NCBI GenBank assembly: GCA_963783305.1 | Contig: CAWAMW010000016.1 | Coordinates: forward strand, 256,001 to 320,000 | Reading direction: 5' to 3' | Source of the DNA: an uncultured Gemmatimonadales bacterium | GTDB lineage: Bacteria; Gemmatimonadota; Gemmatimonadetes; Longimicrobiales; RSA9 | Length of the DNA: 64,000 bases | Shown here: positions 52,913 through 64,000 of the stretch, piece by piece | Layout of the letters: each line of letters starts with the position of its first letter | Position numbering within the stretch: position 1 is the stretch's first letter | Notes under the pieces: generated by a model | What the model was told of the DNA's origin: nothing | Databases searched by the model: none | What the model saw: the letters and a program-made list of their open reading frames with translations, nothing else | Translations under genes and position numbers: made by a program

Positions 52913-54579
52913 TGCCTCGGAGCCGGGTCCGGGCGCGGCGCCCCGACGCTCTGCGGAGCGTGCTGGCGGCCGGCTGCGTCGTCGGCTGGCTTCTGAGCCC
53001 TGTCGGTGAGGCGGCGGCCCAGATGGTCCCGGCTACCGGGAGCGGGCCGGGGCCCGAGTCGTGGATGACCCGGTGGAGCCCCCTGACGCCGCTGGGCGAT
53101 CTCCCCCGCGGCATGCCCGGCGCCGCTCCCGGCACGCCGGGCCTGCTGCTCACGCCGGCGCCCCGAGCCAGCCTGTTCTGGAGCCTGGGCAACCCCGCGG
53201 CCCTCGCCACGGAGCCACTGGACGGGTGGAGCACCTATCGGGTGGGGGGCAGCAAGAGCGAGGGCGAGTACCGTCGGCCGCTGGATCCCGCCCGGGAGGA
53301 CCGGCTCCGGATCTCCGCGGAGGGCTGGAGCGAGGCGGGGAGCCGCAGCGCGGCGGCGGGGCGCGTCGTCCTCGACCGCGTTACGCACGGGGCGCCCGCC
53401 CTGGCCAACGTGGCCGCGCCCTACGGCAGCAGCCCCCTCGTTGTGCTGGACACCGCCCACTCCGACCTGGGCAGCACGGCCGCGCGCCTCGAGGGTGCGC
53501 TGGCCGTGGAGCTCGGCGCCTTCGGACTCGGCGTGGCCCTCGGCTTCGACGCACTGGAGACCCGGACGGTAGCCGCTCCCGTCCCGCAGGCCATCCGCGC
53601 CGCGGTGCCCGGCGCGACGGCAGGCGCGACCTGGAAGCCCCTCGGCTCGGACCGCTTCCAGGTCGGCGTCCACGGCCGCTGGCAGCACTCCATGCAGCGC
53701 ATCAACCTCTACTCCCTGGCCGCGCCGACCCGCGTGTATCACCTGGCGGGGTACGGGGAGATCCCGCCCGTCAACGTCGTCTCCACCTTCTATCGCCGCG
53801 AGATGGAGCGGACCAGCCGGGGCGCCGGAGCCGGGCTCCAGGCCCGACTGGCGGGCGCGCGCCTCATCGCCTTCGCGGAGCTTTCCGACGCCGAGGAAGA
53901 GCAGTCCACCATCGAGGTCAACGACCCGCCGCTGGACGTGTGGGCCGCCGACCAGCTACGGTTCGGAGCGGTCATGCAGCGGCGGTTCCTGGCCGATCAG
54001 CTCCTGATCCACGCCTCCGCCACACAGGCGGAGGTGACCGGACGGGCACGGCTCCACGAGCAGGACGACCGGGTCGTCTTCACCACCGACGAGAGCGCCC
54101 TCCACCTCTCCCTCGACACCCGGTTGGACCTCGACTCCTGGAGCTTCGGCGCCCGGCTGACCGGAGCCCGGCACTCCCGGACCGCCGTCGACTCCACCGT
54201 GAGCGCCCGGTCCGAGATCCGGAGCTGGACCACCGGCGGCTCACTGGAAGGAGCGCGGCGGCTCGGCCACGGCTTCTCCGCCGCCGCCGGGGCCGCCCTG
54301 AACCTCTACCGCGCCGCGGGCGCCATCCCGAACCCCCTCCATCTCGGCGAGTCCTACAACGCCTACGTGGGTCCCGAGCTCGCCCTCTACGGAAGCGACG
54401 CAACCGCCCGCGCCGGCACGTTCACGCTGCGCTGGGACCGGCCCGCCGGCGGACCCGGCGTCTTCCTTCACGCCCGCGCCGCCTCCGCGGTACCCGGGGA
54501 CGAGGCGGGGTTGCCCCTGGCACGGCGCGACGCTCGACGATCGGGGTGGAGCATCACGTTCGGGGCGATCGTGAGGTGA
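52912..54579 (+). CDS. Outer-membrane beta-barrel protein, DUF6850-like
   Basis: Start overlaps TBDR stop; signal peptide; NPA.L, G.YRRP.D; amphipathic strands. Confidence 0.7.
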   Translation: MPRSRVRARRPDALRSVLAAGCVVGWLLSPVGEAAAQMVPATGSGPGPESWMTRWSPLTPLGDLPRGMPGAAPGTPGLLLTPAPRASLFWSLGNPAALATEPLDGWSTYRVGGSKSEGEYRRPLDPAREDRLRISAEGWSEAGSRSAAAGRVVLDRVTHGAPALANVAAPYGSSPLVVLDTAHSDLGSTAARLEGALAVELGAFGLGVALGFDALETRTVAAPVPQAIRAAVPGATAGATWKPLGSDRFQVGVHGRWQHSMQRINLYSLAAPTRVYHLAGYGEIPPVNVVSTFYRREMERTSRGAGAGLQARLAGARLIAFAELSDAEEEQSTIEVNDPPLDVWAADQLRFGAVMQRRFLADQLLIHASATQAEVTGRARLHEQDDRVVFTTDESALHLSLDTRLDLDSWSFGARLTGARHSRTAVDSTVSARSEIRSWTTGGSLEGARRLGHGFSAAAGAALNLYRAAGAIPNPLHLGESYNAYVGPELALYGSDATARAGTFTLRWDRPAGGPGVFLHARAASAVPGDEAGLPLARRDARRSGWSITFGAIVR

Positions 54580-54663
54580 GGGTACGGCTCCCCTCCAGAA
54601 ACACGACCCCACTCGAATTGCGATCACCCTTGTCGCGCCTTGTGTTCCGCACTGCGCTCGACT

Positions 54664-54834
54664 CCGAAGTCGTTTATGAAGAAGATGAAGGACGCCTCGT
54701 TCGCCGCCGGTGTGGACCGCGACGACGTCCGCCATGGCGCCGAGCTCATCGGCATCGATTTCGACGACCACGTCGCCAATGTCATTGCCGCCATGCATGA
54801 CATTGGCGATGAGCTCGGGCTGAGCCGGGGGTAG
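54664..54834 (+). repeat. Diverged duplicate of the last 56 codons of the HD gene
   Basis: PKSFMKKMKDASFAAGVDRDDVRHGAELIGIDFDDHVANVIAAMHDIGDELGLSRG* versus PKSVKKKMRDSAFAAGVDRESVRYGAELLGIDFNEHIANVIAAMRGIGDELGLSRG*; 42/56 identical by manual count. Confidence 0.93.
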
Positions 54835-54843
54835 GAGCGCCGG

Positions 54844-57042
54844 CTACTCCAGGATCTCCGAAAACCGCAGGTCCTGCGCGGCCAGGGTGAAGACCACCGC
54901 CGGGAGCTCGCCGGCCAGCTTCTGGAGCCCGGCATAATAGTCGGTGAAGTTCGCAGACCCCGACGGCTCGGCGATGCCGAGGAAGACGAGGTCCGCGTCC
55001 GCCGAGGACTCGAGGAGGATCTCCCGGAAAGGTCGGCCGCCGGAGACCAGGACCTCCGGCCGGGCGCTCATTCGCAGCTGCCCGACCGTCGCCTCCAGGT
55101 TGCGCTTCGCGGCCTCCGCCGCCTGCTCGCTCGGCACCACCAGCTTCACGTGGATCTCGGCCGTCCCCCAGTGCGAGCTGCTCCGGAGCAGGTGGGCCAG
55201 GATGATCATCAGACCACCGTTCTGCTGGAGCCCGCCCCACCAGACGTCGATCCGCTCCCGCTCCCCGAAGCCACGCTCCGGGTCTGTCCGGAGGATGAGG
55301 ATGTTGCGGCGGGCACTGTGGAAGGACTGGAGCATCTCGCAGTAGCGGGTCCGGTTCTTCTCGTCCACGCTCGCCCCCAGGACGACGGTGTTCGGCACCA
55401 GCGGACCGAGCCCGTACGTCTCCACCAGCCGTTCGGCGCCCTCGAACACGTCCCGTGCCGTGGTCAGCCGGACCATGGCCTGCACCCCTCGTCGGCCCAG
55501 GTACTCGTGGATCGTGGACTCCAGCTTCTCCTGCTGCGCCGCATCACGGGAGCCCGTCGGAAGCACACTGGATACCGTGATGAGCCCGCGGCTGTGGGTC
55601 AGCGACGTCGAGAGGTCGATCAGGTGCCACCGGCGGCTGGGCGCGCCGGAGAGCACGAGGACGTGCGGCCGCCAGTTCTTCGTGTCCTCCGCCCGGGTCA
55701 TGCGGAAGAGCCCGGCCCGGATCATGGCCATCCAGACGCCCCGGCGAACATCGCCCCACGCCGATTCGAGCTCCCGGCGCTCGAGCCATATGAAGACGGT
55801 CAGGATGATGAGCGCCGCGGCCGCCGTCGCCCACGGGTTGATCAGGAACATGACCACGAGACAGCCGAGCGCTCCCAGGAGTGAGAGCGACCAGTGGACC
55901 CTGAACCCGGGCCGGAACGAGGGGCTGTTCAGGAGCCGCTCCACACCGGCCGCCACGTTCAGCACCATGTAGGTCGTGAGGAAGAACATGGTGAGGATCG
56001 GTGCGATGACGTTCAGGTCGCCCAGCATGACAGCGGCGAGGGCCACCACCAGGGTGACCGCCGTGCCCGTCCGGGGCTCGTCCTGCGGTCCGCTCCCCGC
56101 GCCCAGGAAGCCCAGCGAGCGGGGAAGCACCCGGTCGCGGGCGAGGGCCTGGAGGACCCGGGGCGCCGCCAGGATGCTGCCCACGGCGCTGGACAGCGTC
56201 GCACCCCAGACGCCCAGGAGGATGGCGTCGCCCCAGAAGGAGATGCGGCGCATGATGAGCGGGTCCTCGATCAGCGTGATCGCGTCCGCCCGGCTCGCCA
56301 GCAGGATGGGCAGGAGCATGTAGATCACGTAGCCGACCCCGATGGCCGCCAGCGTACCCCTCGGGATCGAGCGACCCGGATCCTTCAGGTCGCCGGACAT
56401 GTTCACCCCCGCCATGATCCCCGTTACGGCGGGGAAGAACACGGCGAAGACGACCCAGAACGACTCCGAGCGCGCGGCCGACGCGCCGTACATCTCGATC
56501 TCCGTCGCCTCCAGCGGCTTGCCGAAGACCAGCGACACGAGGGAAAGGACGATGGCGGCCATGATCACGTACTGGGCCTTGATGGCCACGGCCGCCGACT
56601 TGATGGCCAGGAGCGCCACACCGACCGTTACGATCAGGGCCACCCACTGCTGATCGACGTGCGGGAACGCTCGGGTCACGCTCTCGGCGAACCCCACCGT
56701 GTACAGCGCCACGCTCAGCGCCTGCGCGAAGTAGAGCGGGATCCCCACCGCCCCGCCCGTCTCGATCCCAAGCGACCGGCTGATCATGTAGTAGGCGCCG
56801 CCGATCCGGACGCGGCGGTCCGTGGCGATCATGCTGATGCTGAGGCCGGTCAGGAAGGTGATGCCCGTGGCCAGCGTGACGATGGCCAGCGCGCCGATGA
56901 GACCCACGTTTCCCACCACCCACCCGAACCGCAGGTACATGATGACGCCCAGGATGGTGAGGATCGACGGGGTGAAGACCCCACCGAACGTCCCGAGCCC
57001 CGTCTCGCTGCTGCCGACTACCCGCTCATCAGACTTCGACAT
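54844..57042 (-). CDS. Cation-chloride cotransporter (CCC/SLC12-like) family permease
   Basis: LGTFGGVFTPSILTILGVIMYLR, GGAYYMISRSLG, FFPAVTGIMAG, KNWRPHVLV, IDVWW. Confidence 0.92.
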   Translation of the reverse strand: MSKSDERVVGSSETGLGTFGGVFTPSILTILGVIMYLRFGWVVGNVGLIGALAIVTLATGITFLTGLSISMIATDRRVRIGGAYYMISRSLGIETGGAVGIPLYFAQALSVALYTVGFAESVTRAFPHVDQQWVALIVTVGVALLAIKSAAVAIKAQYVIMAAIVLSLVSLVFGKPLEATEIEMYGASAARSESFWVVFAVFFPAVTGIMAGVNMSGDLKDPGRSIPRGTLAAIGVGYVIYMLLPILLASRADAITLIEDPLIMRRISFWGDAILLGVWGATLSSAVGSILAAPRVLQALARDRVLPRSLGFLGAGSGPQDEPRTGTAVTLVVALAAVMLGDLNVIAPILTMFFLTTYMVLNVAAGVERLLNSPSFRPGFRVHWSLSLLGALGCLVVMFLINPWATAAAALIILTVFIWLERRELESAWGDVRRGVWMAMIRAGLFRMTRAEDTKNWRPHVLVLSGAPSRRWHLIDLSTSLTHSRGLITVSSVLPTGSRDAAQQEKLESTIHEYLGRRGVQAMVRLTTARDVFEGAERLVETYGLGPLVPNTVVLGASVDEKNRTRYCEMLQSFHSARRNILILRTDPERGFGERERIDVWWGGLQQNGGLMIILAHLLRSSSHWGTAEIHVKLVVPSEQAAEAAKRNLEATVGQLRMSARPEVLVSGGRPFREILLESSADADLVFLGIAEPSGSANFTDYYAGLQKLAGELPAVVFTLAAQDLRFSEILE

Positions 57043-57325
57043 AGGCGGATGAAGGTGCGGGTGCAGTTGAGTGAGGGGAAGGGGTCGCACGCCGCTCAGG
57101 CTCGCGATCACCCTCTCCGGCGGCGCCTGCCCCGGTGCGCACGAGGCGGGCGACATGGCGGCGCCGCTCGTCGCCATCCAGAAAATGGTCGAGCGCGGCG
57201 ACGACCGAGTGCGGCTGGAGGTGGTGGGCGGGCGTCGGATCCGCTCCACCCGCCGTGACGTTGCGGTCGACGGCGTGACCTGCGCCGCCTGGGGCCGGTT
57301 CGTGTTCGAGACCGGCGACGCGATG

Positions 57326-57390
57326 CCAGAACCCGAACGCCAGGACCCGAACGCCAGGACCCGAACGCCAGGACCCGAACGCCAGGACCC
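57326..57390. repeat. 14-bp tandem repeat CCAGGACCCGAACG x4.6
   Basis: Units start at 57326, 57340, 57354, 57368, 57382. Confidence 0.92.
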
Positions 57391-57692
57391 TGACCGGGGT
57401 CCATCAGGAGCGCATTGAAGGCCGCGCCCGGCGTGGCGGCTGATCTCGCGCGGTTGAGCGTTCCAGTCTTCAGCCGCCACGCCGCTCAGCGACGTCTGCG
57501 TTGCCGGGGAGCGGGCTGCGGCTGGGGGCGTTCAGCGGCGACGGCGCTAGGCGGCGTGAACGCTGAAATCGGGCCGGGCCGTCGCCGTACAATCAGCGCC
57601 GCCACCGCCGAGCGGACCGCCACCGCCGGGCGCCGCGACCTTGTCGCGAATCCGCGGCCCGGTCAGGCGGAGGGCTCCGTACCCGCGCATCC

Positions 57693-59881
<2,189 letters not shown>

Positions 59882-59885
<4 letters not shown>

Positions 59886-61255
59886 TCGCCCTCCGCTGCC
59901 TGGTCCGCGTCACCCTCGAGCCACCCGCCGCCGCCGGTCGGCGCACGCGGCGTCCCGATCACGTCCTCCTCCGGCGCCAGCTCCGGCCCCACCGGCCCGG
60001 TGATGAGCCGGGCCCCTCGCTGCCAGGTGAGATACGACCACCCCCACTGCAGCAGCACCGCCGCGCGGTTTCGGAAGCCGGCGAGGTACATGAGGTGGAT
60101 GAACAGCCAGATGAACCAGGCGAGTACGCCGTGGATGCTGACGTTCCAGACGCGTCCCACCGCCGCACCCCGACCGATGGTCGCTAGGCTCCCGCGGTCG
60201 CTGTAGACGAACGGCTTCCGCGGCTGACCGTCCAGATCGCGCCGGATGTTCCCCGCCGCCGCCTTCCCCTGCTGGATCGCTACGGGCGCGATCCCAGGCA
60301 GTGGCTCGCCGGTCTGGTGCGAGAAGCTCGCCATGTCGCCAATCACGAAGACGTCGGGATGGCCGGGCACCGTCAGGTCCGGCTCCACCGCGACGCGGCC
60401 GATCCGGTCCCTTCGCTCCGCCACGTCCCCCCCCAGCGGCGACGCCGCCACACCGGCCGACCAGACCACGTTCCGGGTGGGGATCCGCTCCTCGCCCACA
60501 TGGACGGCCGTGGGGGCGATGTCCGTCACCAGGGAGTCGAGTCGCACTTCCACACCCAGATCTTCCAGTTTCTTCTTCGCCTTCTCCGAGAGCGAAGGAG
60601 GATAGGTGGCGAGCAGACGCGGCCCGCCCTCCAGCAGGATCACCCGCGCGCTCGCCGGGTCCACCCGCTTGAAATCGCCCCCGGTCAGCGTATGCCGCGC
60701 GACCTCTGCGAACGCCCCCGCCATCTCCACACCTGTGGGGCCACCGCCCACCACCACGAACGTGAGGAGCGCCGTCCGCCGAGTCGCGTCCGGCTCCTGC
60801 TCCGCCGCCTCGAAACCCAGCAGGAACCGCCGCCGGATCTCCACCGCGTCCTCCAGCTTCTTCAGCCCCGGGGCCGACGCGGCCCACTCATCGTGGCCGA
60901 AGTACTGGTCCACCGCACCGGTCGCCAGGATCAGGTAGTCGTACCCGATCCGGTCGCCGTTCCCCATCACGACCGCGCGCGCCTCCACCTCCACCCCCGT
61001 CACCTCACCCAGTCGCACCTGCGCGTTCCCCTGCTTCCTCAGCACATGACGGATCGGTGCGGCGATCTCCGCCGGCGAAAGCGCCGCGGTCGCCACCTGG
61101 TAGAGGAGCGGCTGGAACAGGTGATGGTTCCTGCGGTCGATCACCGTCACCCGCACGGCGACGTCCCTCAGAGCTCGGGCTGCGTAGAGGCCGCCGAACC
61201 CCGCGCCAACGATCACCACGTGCGGCTCGGCGGGGGTCCTGCTGGAGTCGGGCAT
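59882..61255 (-). CDS. ndh: Type II NADH dehydrogenase (NDH-2) family FAD oxidoreductase
   Basis: [42 protein letters not shown]. Confidence 0.93.
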
Positions 61256-61447
61256 GGGCGCGGTTCGGTTCGGGTACGGAGGACTTGCAATCCAGACGGC
61301 GATCTGGAACTGCATCCCGCACGGGCTCCGCGCCCGTGTCGGGCGGACACCCGCGGCTCGCAAACCCTGCGCCGGAGGCGCTTCGGCGCTGTCCGGCGCG
61401 GGGTATCCAGCGCGGCGGGATAGAATGGTCCAACGCGTCTCCGAGGC

Positions 61448-61692
61448 CACCGGCGTCACCGGCGTCACCGGCGCCTCCCGGGTCACCGACACCCCCGCGT
61501 TCACCGGCACCCCCGAGTTCACCGGCGCCCCCGGGTCACCGACACCCCCGGGTCACCGACACCCCCGAGTCACCGACACCCCCGCGTCCACCGGCGCCCC
61601 CGAGGTCACCGGCACCATCGAGGTCACCGGCACCCCCGAGTTCACCGGCACCATCGCGGTCACCGGCACCCCCGAGGTCACCGGCACCATCG
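61448..61692. repeat. Degenerate 9/18-bp tandem array (consensus GTCACCGGCACCCCCGAG)
   Basis: About 13 units of 18 bp built on TCACCG(G/A)C. Confidence 0.9.
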
Positions 61693-61949
61693 CGGGCGAC
61701 CGCTGAAGGATTGACCTCGGTATTCGGGGGATAGGCTCAGTGCAGGGCGAACGCCGGTGGCGAGAGTGGAATATGCCTCGGATTCCGGGGGAATACCGGA
61801 AATCGGAGTTCAGGGGGACTACGGATGTCGAAATCGCCTCGGCGACCTCGCGCGCGGCCGCTGCTCAACGCCCGTTTCGGCCGCCAAGACTGGACTGTCT
61901 CCTGCGCGACTCCCGGTGCCGAACGACGTCGCGGTCCCGTCCGCTGCGT

Positions 61950-62222
61950 TGTTGCCGCCGGCGTTGAGGCCCACTCCACCGCAGCATGGATGCCGTGTAC
62001 GACAAGGCCAAGAAGCTCCTCATGATGGAGACGGCCGCGCTCACATCCCCCGCGCATGCCCCGCTACCTCGAGCCGGTCCTGAAGCGGGGGAGGACGGCG
62101 ACATCGACCTGTGGTCCGTGATCACCCACACCGAGCCGATGGAAAAAGGGCCGGATCTCTACCACACCTCCCGGGAGAAGGAGGACGGCTGCCTCGAGGT
62201 CGTCCTGAAGCCCGGCGGCTGA
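61950..62222 (+). pseudogene. Remnant of Zn-dependent (glutathione-dependent formaldehyde/YbdR-like) dehydrogenase
   Basis: GVEAH..., DAVYDKAK.LLMMET and GDID...[25 protein letters not shown] match the family's mid and C-terminal segments with the intervening part missing. Confidence 0.65.
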
Positions 62223-62338
62223 CCTCCGCACCGGGCTTCCGGGAGTCCCTTCGGGCCGATCTGTGGGCCCCCGCCGCCCGACCTTTCACGCCCAGTGGGG
62301 GTAGGACAAGGCCGCAGAACGAGGAACGCGCGGAAGCA

Positions 62339-63037
62339 ATGGAGGATGGGATGGCCGAAGAGATGAGCGCGGGCGGCACGCAGCTGCCGGTGGTGGGGGG
62401 TGGGAAGGATGGGAGCCCCGGGTTCGTGACCACGCAGCTGGATTTCGTGGTGAACTGGGCACGGCGCAACTCGTTGTGGCCCATGCCGTTCGGGACGGCG
62501 TGCTGCGCCATCGAGATGATGGCGAGCTACGCGTCGCGCTTCAATGTGGCGCGCTTCGGGATGGAGCGCATGAGCTTCAGCCCGCGGCAGGCGGACCTGC
62601 TGATCTGCGCGGGTCGGGTGACGTACAAGATGGCGCCGGTGCTGCGGAAGATCTGGGACCAGATGCCGCAGCCGAAGTGGTCGATCAGCATGGGGGCGTG
62701 CGCGTCGAGCGGCGGTGTGTTCGACGCCTACTCCATGGTGCAGGGGATCGACACGATCATCCCGGTGGACGTGTACGTGCCGGGGTGCCCGCCGCGGCCG
62801 GAGGGTCTGATCTACGGGATCCTGATGCTGCAGGAGAAGATCAAGGGGGAGTCGCTGAGCGCGGCGATCCACGAGCAGACGCGGAGCGAGGACCCCGAGC
62901 GCTCGGGCCGGCCGAACCTGCCGGCGGACGTGATCGAGCAGATCGCGGGGCCGTTCGGCAACTCGACGAAGCAGAACAAGATGAGCGGGCTCGTCAGCAC
63001 GCGGGCCCTGTCGCGGCCCAGGGACCGGAGGCCGTAG
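62339..63037 (+). CDS. nuoB: NADH-quinone oxidoreductase subunit B, stand-alone
   Basis: [47 protein letters not shown]. Confidence 0.96.
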   Translation: MEDGMAEEMSAGGTQLPVVGGGKDGSPGFVTTQLDFVVNWARRNSLWPMPFGTACCAIEMMASYASRFNVARFGMERMSFSPRQADLLICAGRVTYKMAPVLRKIWDQMPQPKWSISMGACASSGGVFDAYSMVQGIDTIIPVDVYVPGCPPRPEGLIYGILMLQEKIKGESLSAAIHEQTRSEDPERSGRPNLPADVIEQIAGPFGNSTKQNKMSGLVSTRALSRPRDRRP

Positions 63038-63075
63038 CCGAGCTCTGGCGGGTCGCTGAAGATGGCGGTGGCAGG

Positions 63076-63375
63076 GAGCGAACGGTCGCGTCGCTGCGCT
63101 CGCTGGTCGATCGCGTCGCCTGCGGCTCGCTGGTCGATCTCCGCTGCGCTCCGTTCTCTCCGGTATCCCCGCCCGACAGGCGCAACGGGAAGGGCATAGG
63201 AGCGTGCCCCTGTCCCCTCGACCCCGCGCGCAGCGCGGTCGCCTCGCGCGAAGCGCGGGCGATCGACCCCCCGCGCCAGCGGGGTCCTCGGGAAGCGAAG
63301 CGACCCACGAGGATCGACCCCCCGCGCCAGCGGGTCCCGCAGGGAGCGGAGCGACCGCAGGGAATCGACCCTCGA
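63076..63375. repeat. Palindrome-rich repeat cluster between convergent genes, including 51-bp periodic units
   Basis: CTCGCTGGTCGATC x2; TCGACCC at 63263, 63314, 63365; GATCGACCCCCCGCGCCAGCGGG x2. Confidence 0.85.
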
Positions 63376-63400
63376 CCCCCTCGACTTCTTCAGCCGCCTG

Positions 63401-64000
63401 CTAGGACCGCCCGGGCTCCCGCGGCGGGCCGGGCTCCCACAGATCCTCCCGCAGCGCAGCGGGCTCGGTCACCGGCCGACGGCACGTAAAGCGTCGACAC
63501 ACATACGCCGCGGCTCGACCGTCCACGGGAGTGCGACCCTCCAGGAGCGGGATGACCTCCTCCGCGTCCGGCCCCTGGTCGGGAGAGCGAAGCGCCACAA
63601 TGGTGTTCGGCCGATAGCGTTCCCGGACCACGTCCAGGAGCGCGCGCGTGTCGGCTTCCGCCGCGTCGCCGGCGATGGCCACCTCCTCCGGCGTGGCCAG
63701 GTGGAAATCCAACGCCGCCAGCAGGTGGCCGAAGGCGAGGGGCGCCCGCTCCAGCAGACCGCCCATGCTCCGAAGAACGCGTCCGGCCACCCGCTCGTAC
63801 CGGGGCTCGCCGGTGAAAACCGCCAGCCGAAGCAGCATGAGGGTGGTGGCGGAGTTACCGGAGGGTGTTGCGTTGTCGTCCACATCGCGGGGCCGCACGA
63901 CCAGCTCCGCGTCTCCTTCGGCGGTGTCGTAGAAGGTGCCCGCCTCCTCGTCCCAGAACCGCTCCAGGATCTCATCGCCCAGCTCACGGGCCACCTCCAC
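63401..64000 (-). CDS. Thioredoxin domain-containing protein YyaL/SSP411 family (C-terminal part)
   Basis: FWD...G.FYDT, DNATPSGNS, AYVC..FTC..P. Confidence 0.9.
   Translation of the reverse strand: MEVARELGDEILERFWDEEAGTFYDTAEGDAELVVRPRDVDDNATPSGNSATTLMLLRLAVFTGEPRYERVAGRVLRSMGGLLERAPLAFGHLLAALDFHLATPEEVAIAGDAAEADTRALLDVVRERYRPNTIVALRSPDQGPDAEEVIPLLEGRTPVDGRAAAYVCRRFTCRRPVTEPAALREDLWEPGPPREPGRS

Larger units (their letters stand above)
47684..54834. mobile_element. Putative genomic island inserted at the 3' end of the HD gene (no integrase seen)
   Basis: Bounded by diverged 171-bp direct repeats 47513-47683 and 54664-54834; left part visibly less GC-rich. Confidence 0.7.

Noticed and set aside
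54664..54834. HD-gene duplicate as a DGR TR/VR pair or as an independent gene
   Set aside because: Differences are not confined to adenines and are mostly synonymous or conservative; the fragment lacks the HD motif and a credible start
57071..57690. ORFs between the CCC transporter and glgX
   Set aside because: No family motifs; the best ORF runs into the 14-bp tandem repeat; could be a remnant but cannot be supported

Overview
A 64 kb, very GC-rich bacterial chromosome segment. The gene repertoire (SusC/SusD-type receptors, class II GlyRS, Mla, PolX-Nth) suggests Gemmatimonadota or similar; this is inference only. The backbone is housekeeping or metabolic: acnA, pdxH, a short rho, lspA, mlaEFD, glycerate kinase, glyQS, polX, nth, pfpI, glgX, ndh, a stand-alone nuoB and tRNA-Ala(TGC). 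Five accessory blocks stand out. (1) A GntR-associated SusC/SusD locus with an exported D-aminoacylase, a gamma-glutamyltransferase and an NhaC-family transporter, but no glycosidases. (2) A TonB receptor/ECF sigma/anti-sigma cluster and an orphan phage-type tail-tube gene upstream of the tRNA. (3) A PAS + globin-like/B12-binding (photocobilin-like) + ABM monooxygenase operon downstream of the tRNA. (4) A four-helix-bundle gene enclosed by long inverted repeats. (5) A ~7 kb island bounded by a diverged duplication of the 3' end of an HD-domain gene; it carries a broken thioredoxin-like gene, a secreted 8-Cys defensin-like peptide and a translationally coupled lipoprotein/TonB receptor/beta-barrel trio. 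Several dispersed palindromic and tandem repeats and three frame disruptions are also present. No CRISPR array, integrase or transposase was found. All family assignments come from motif recognition, not database searches.
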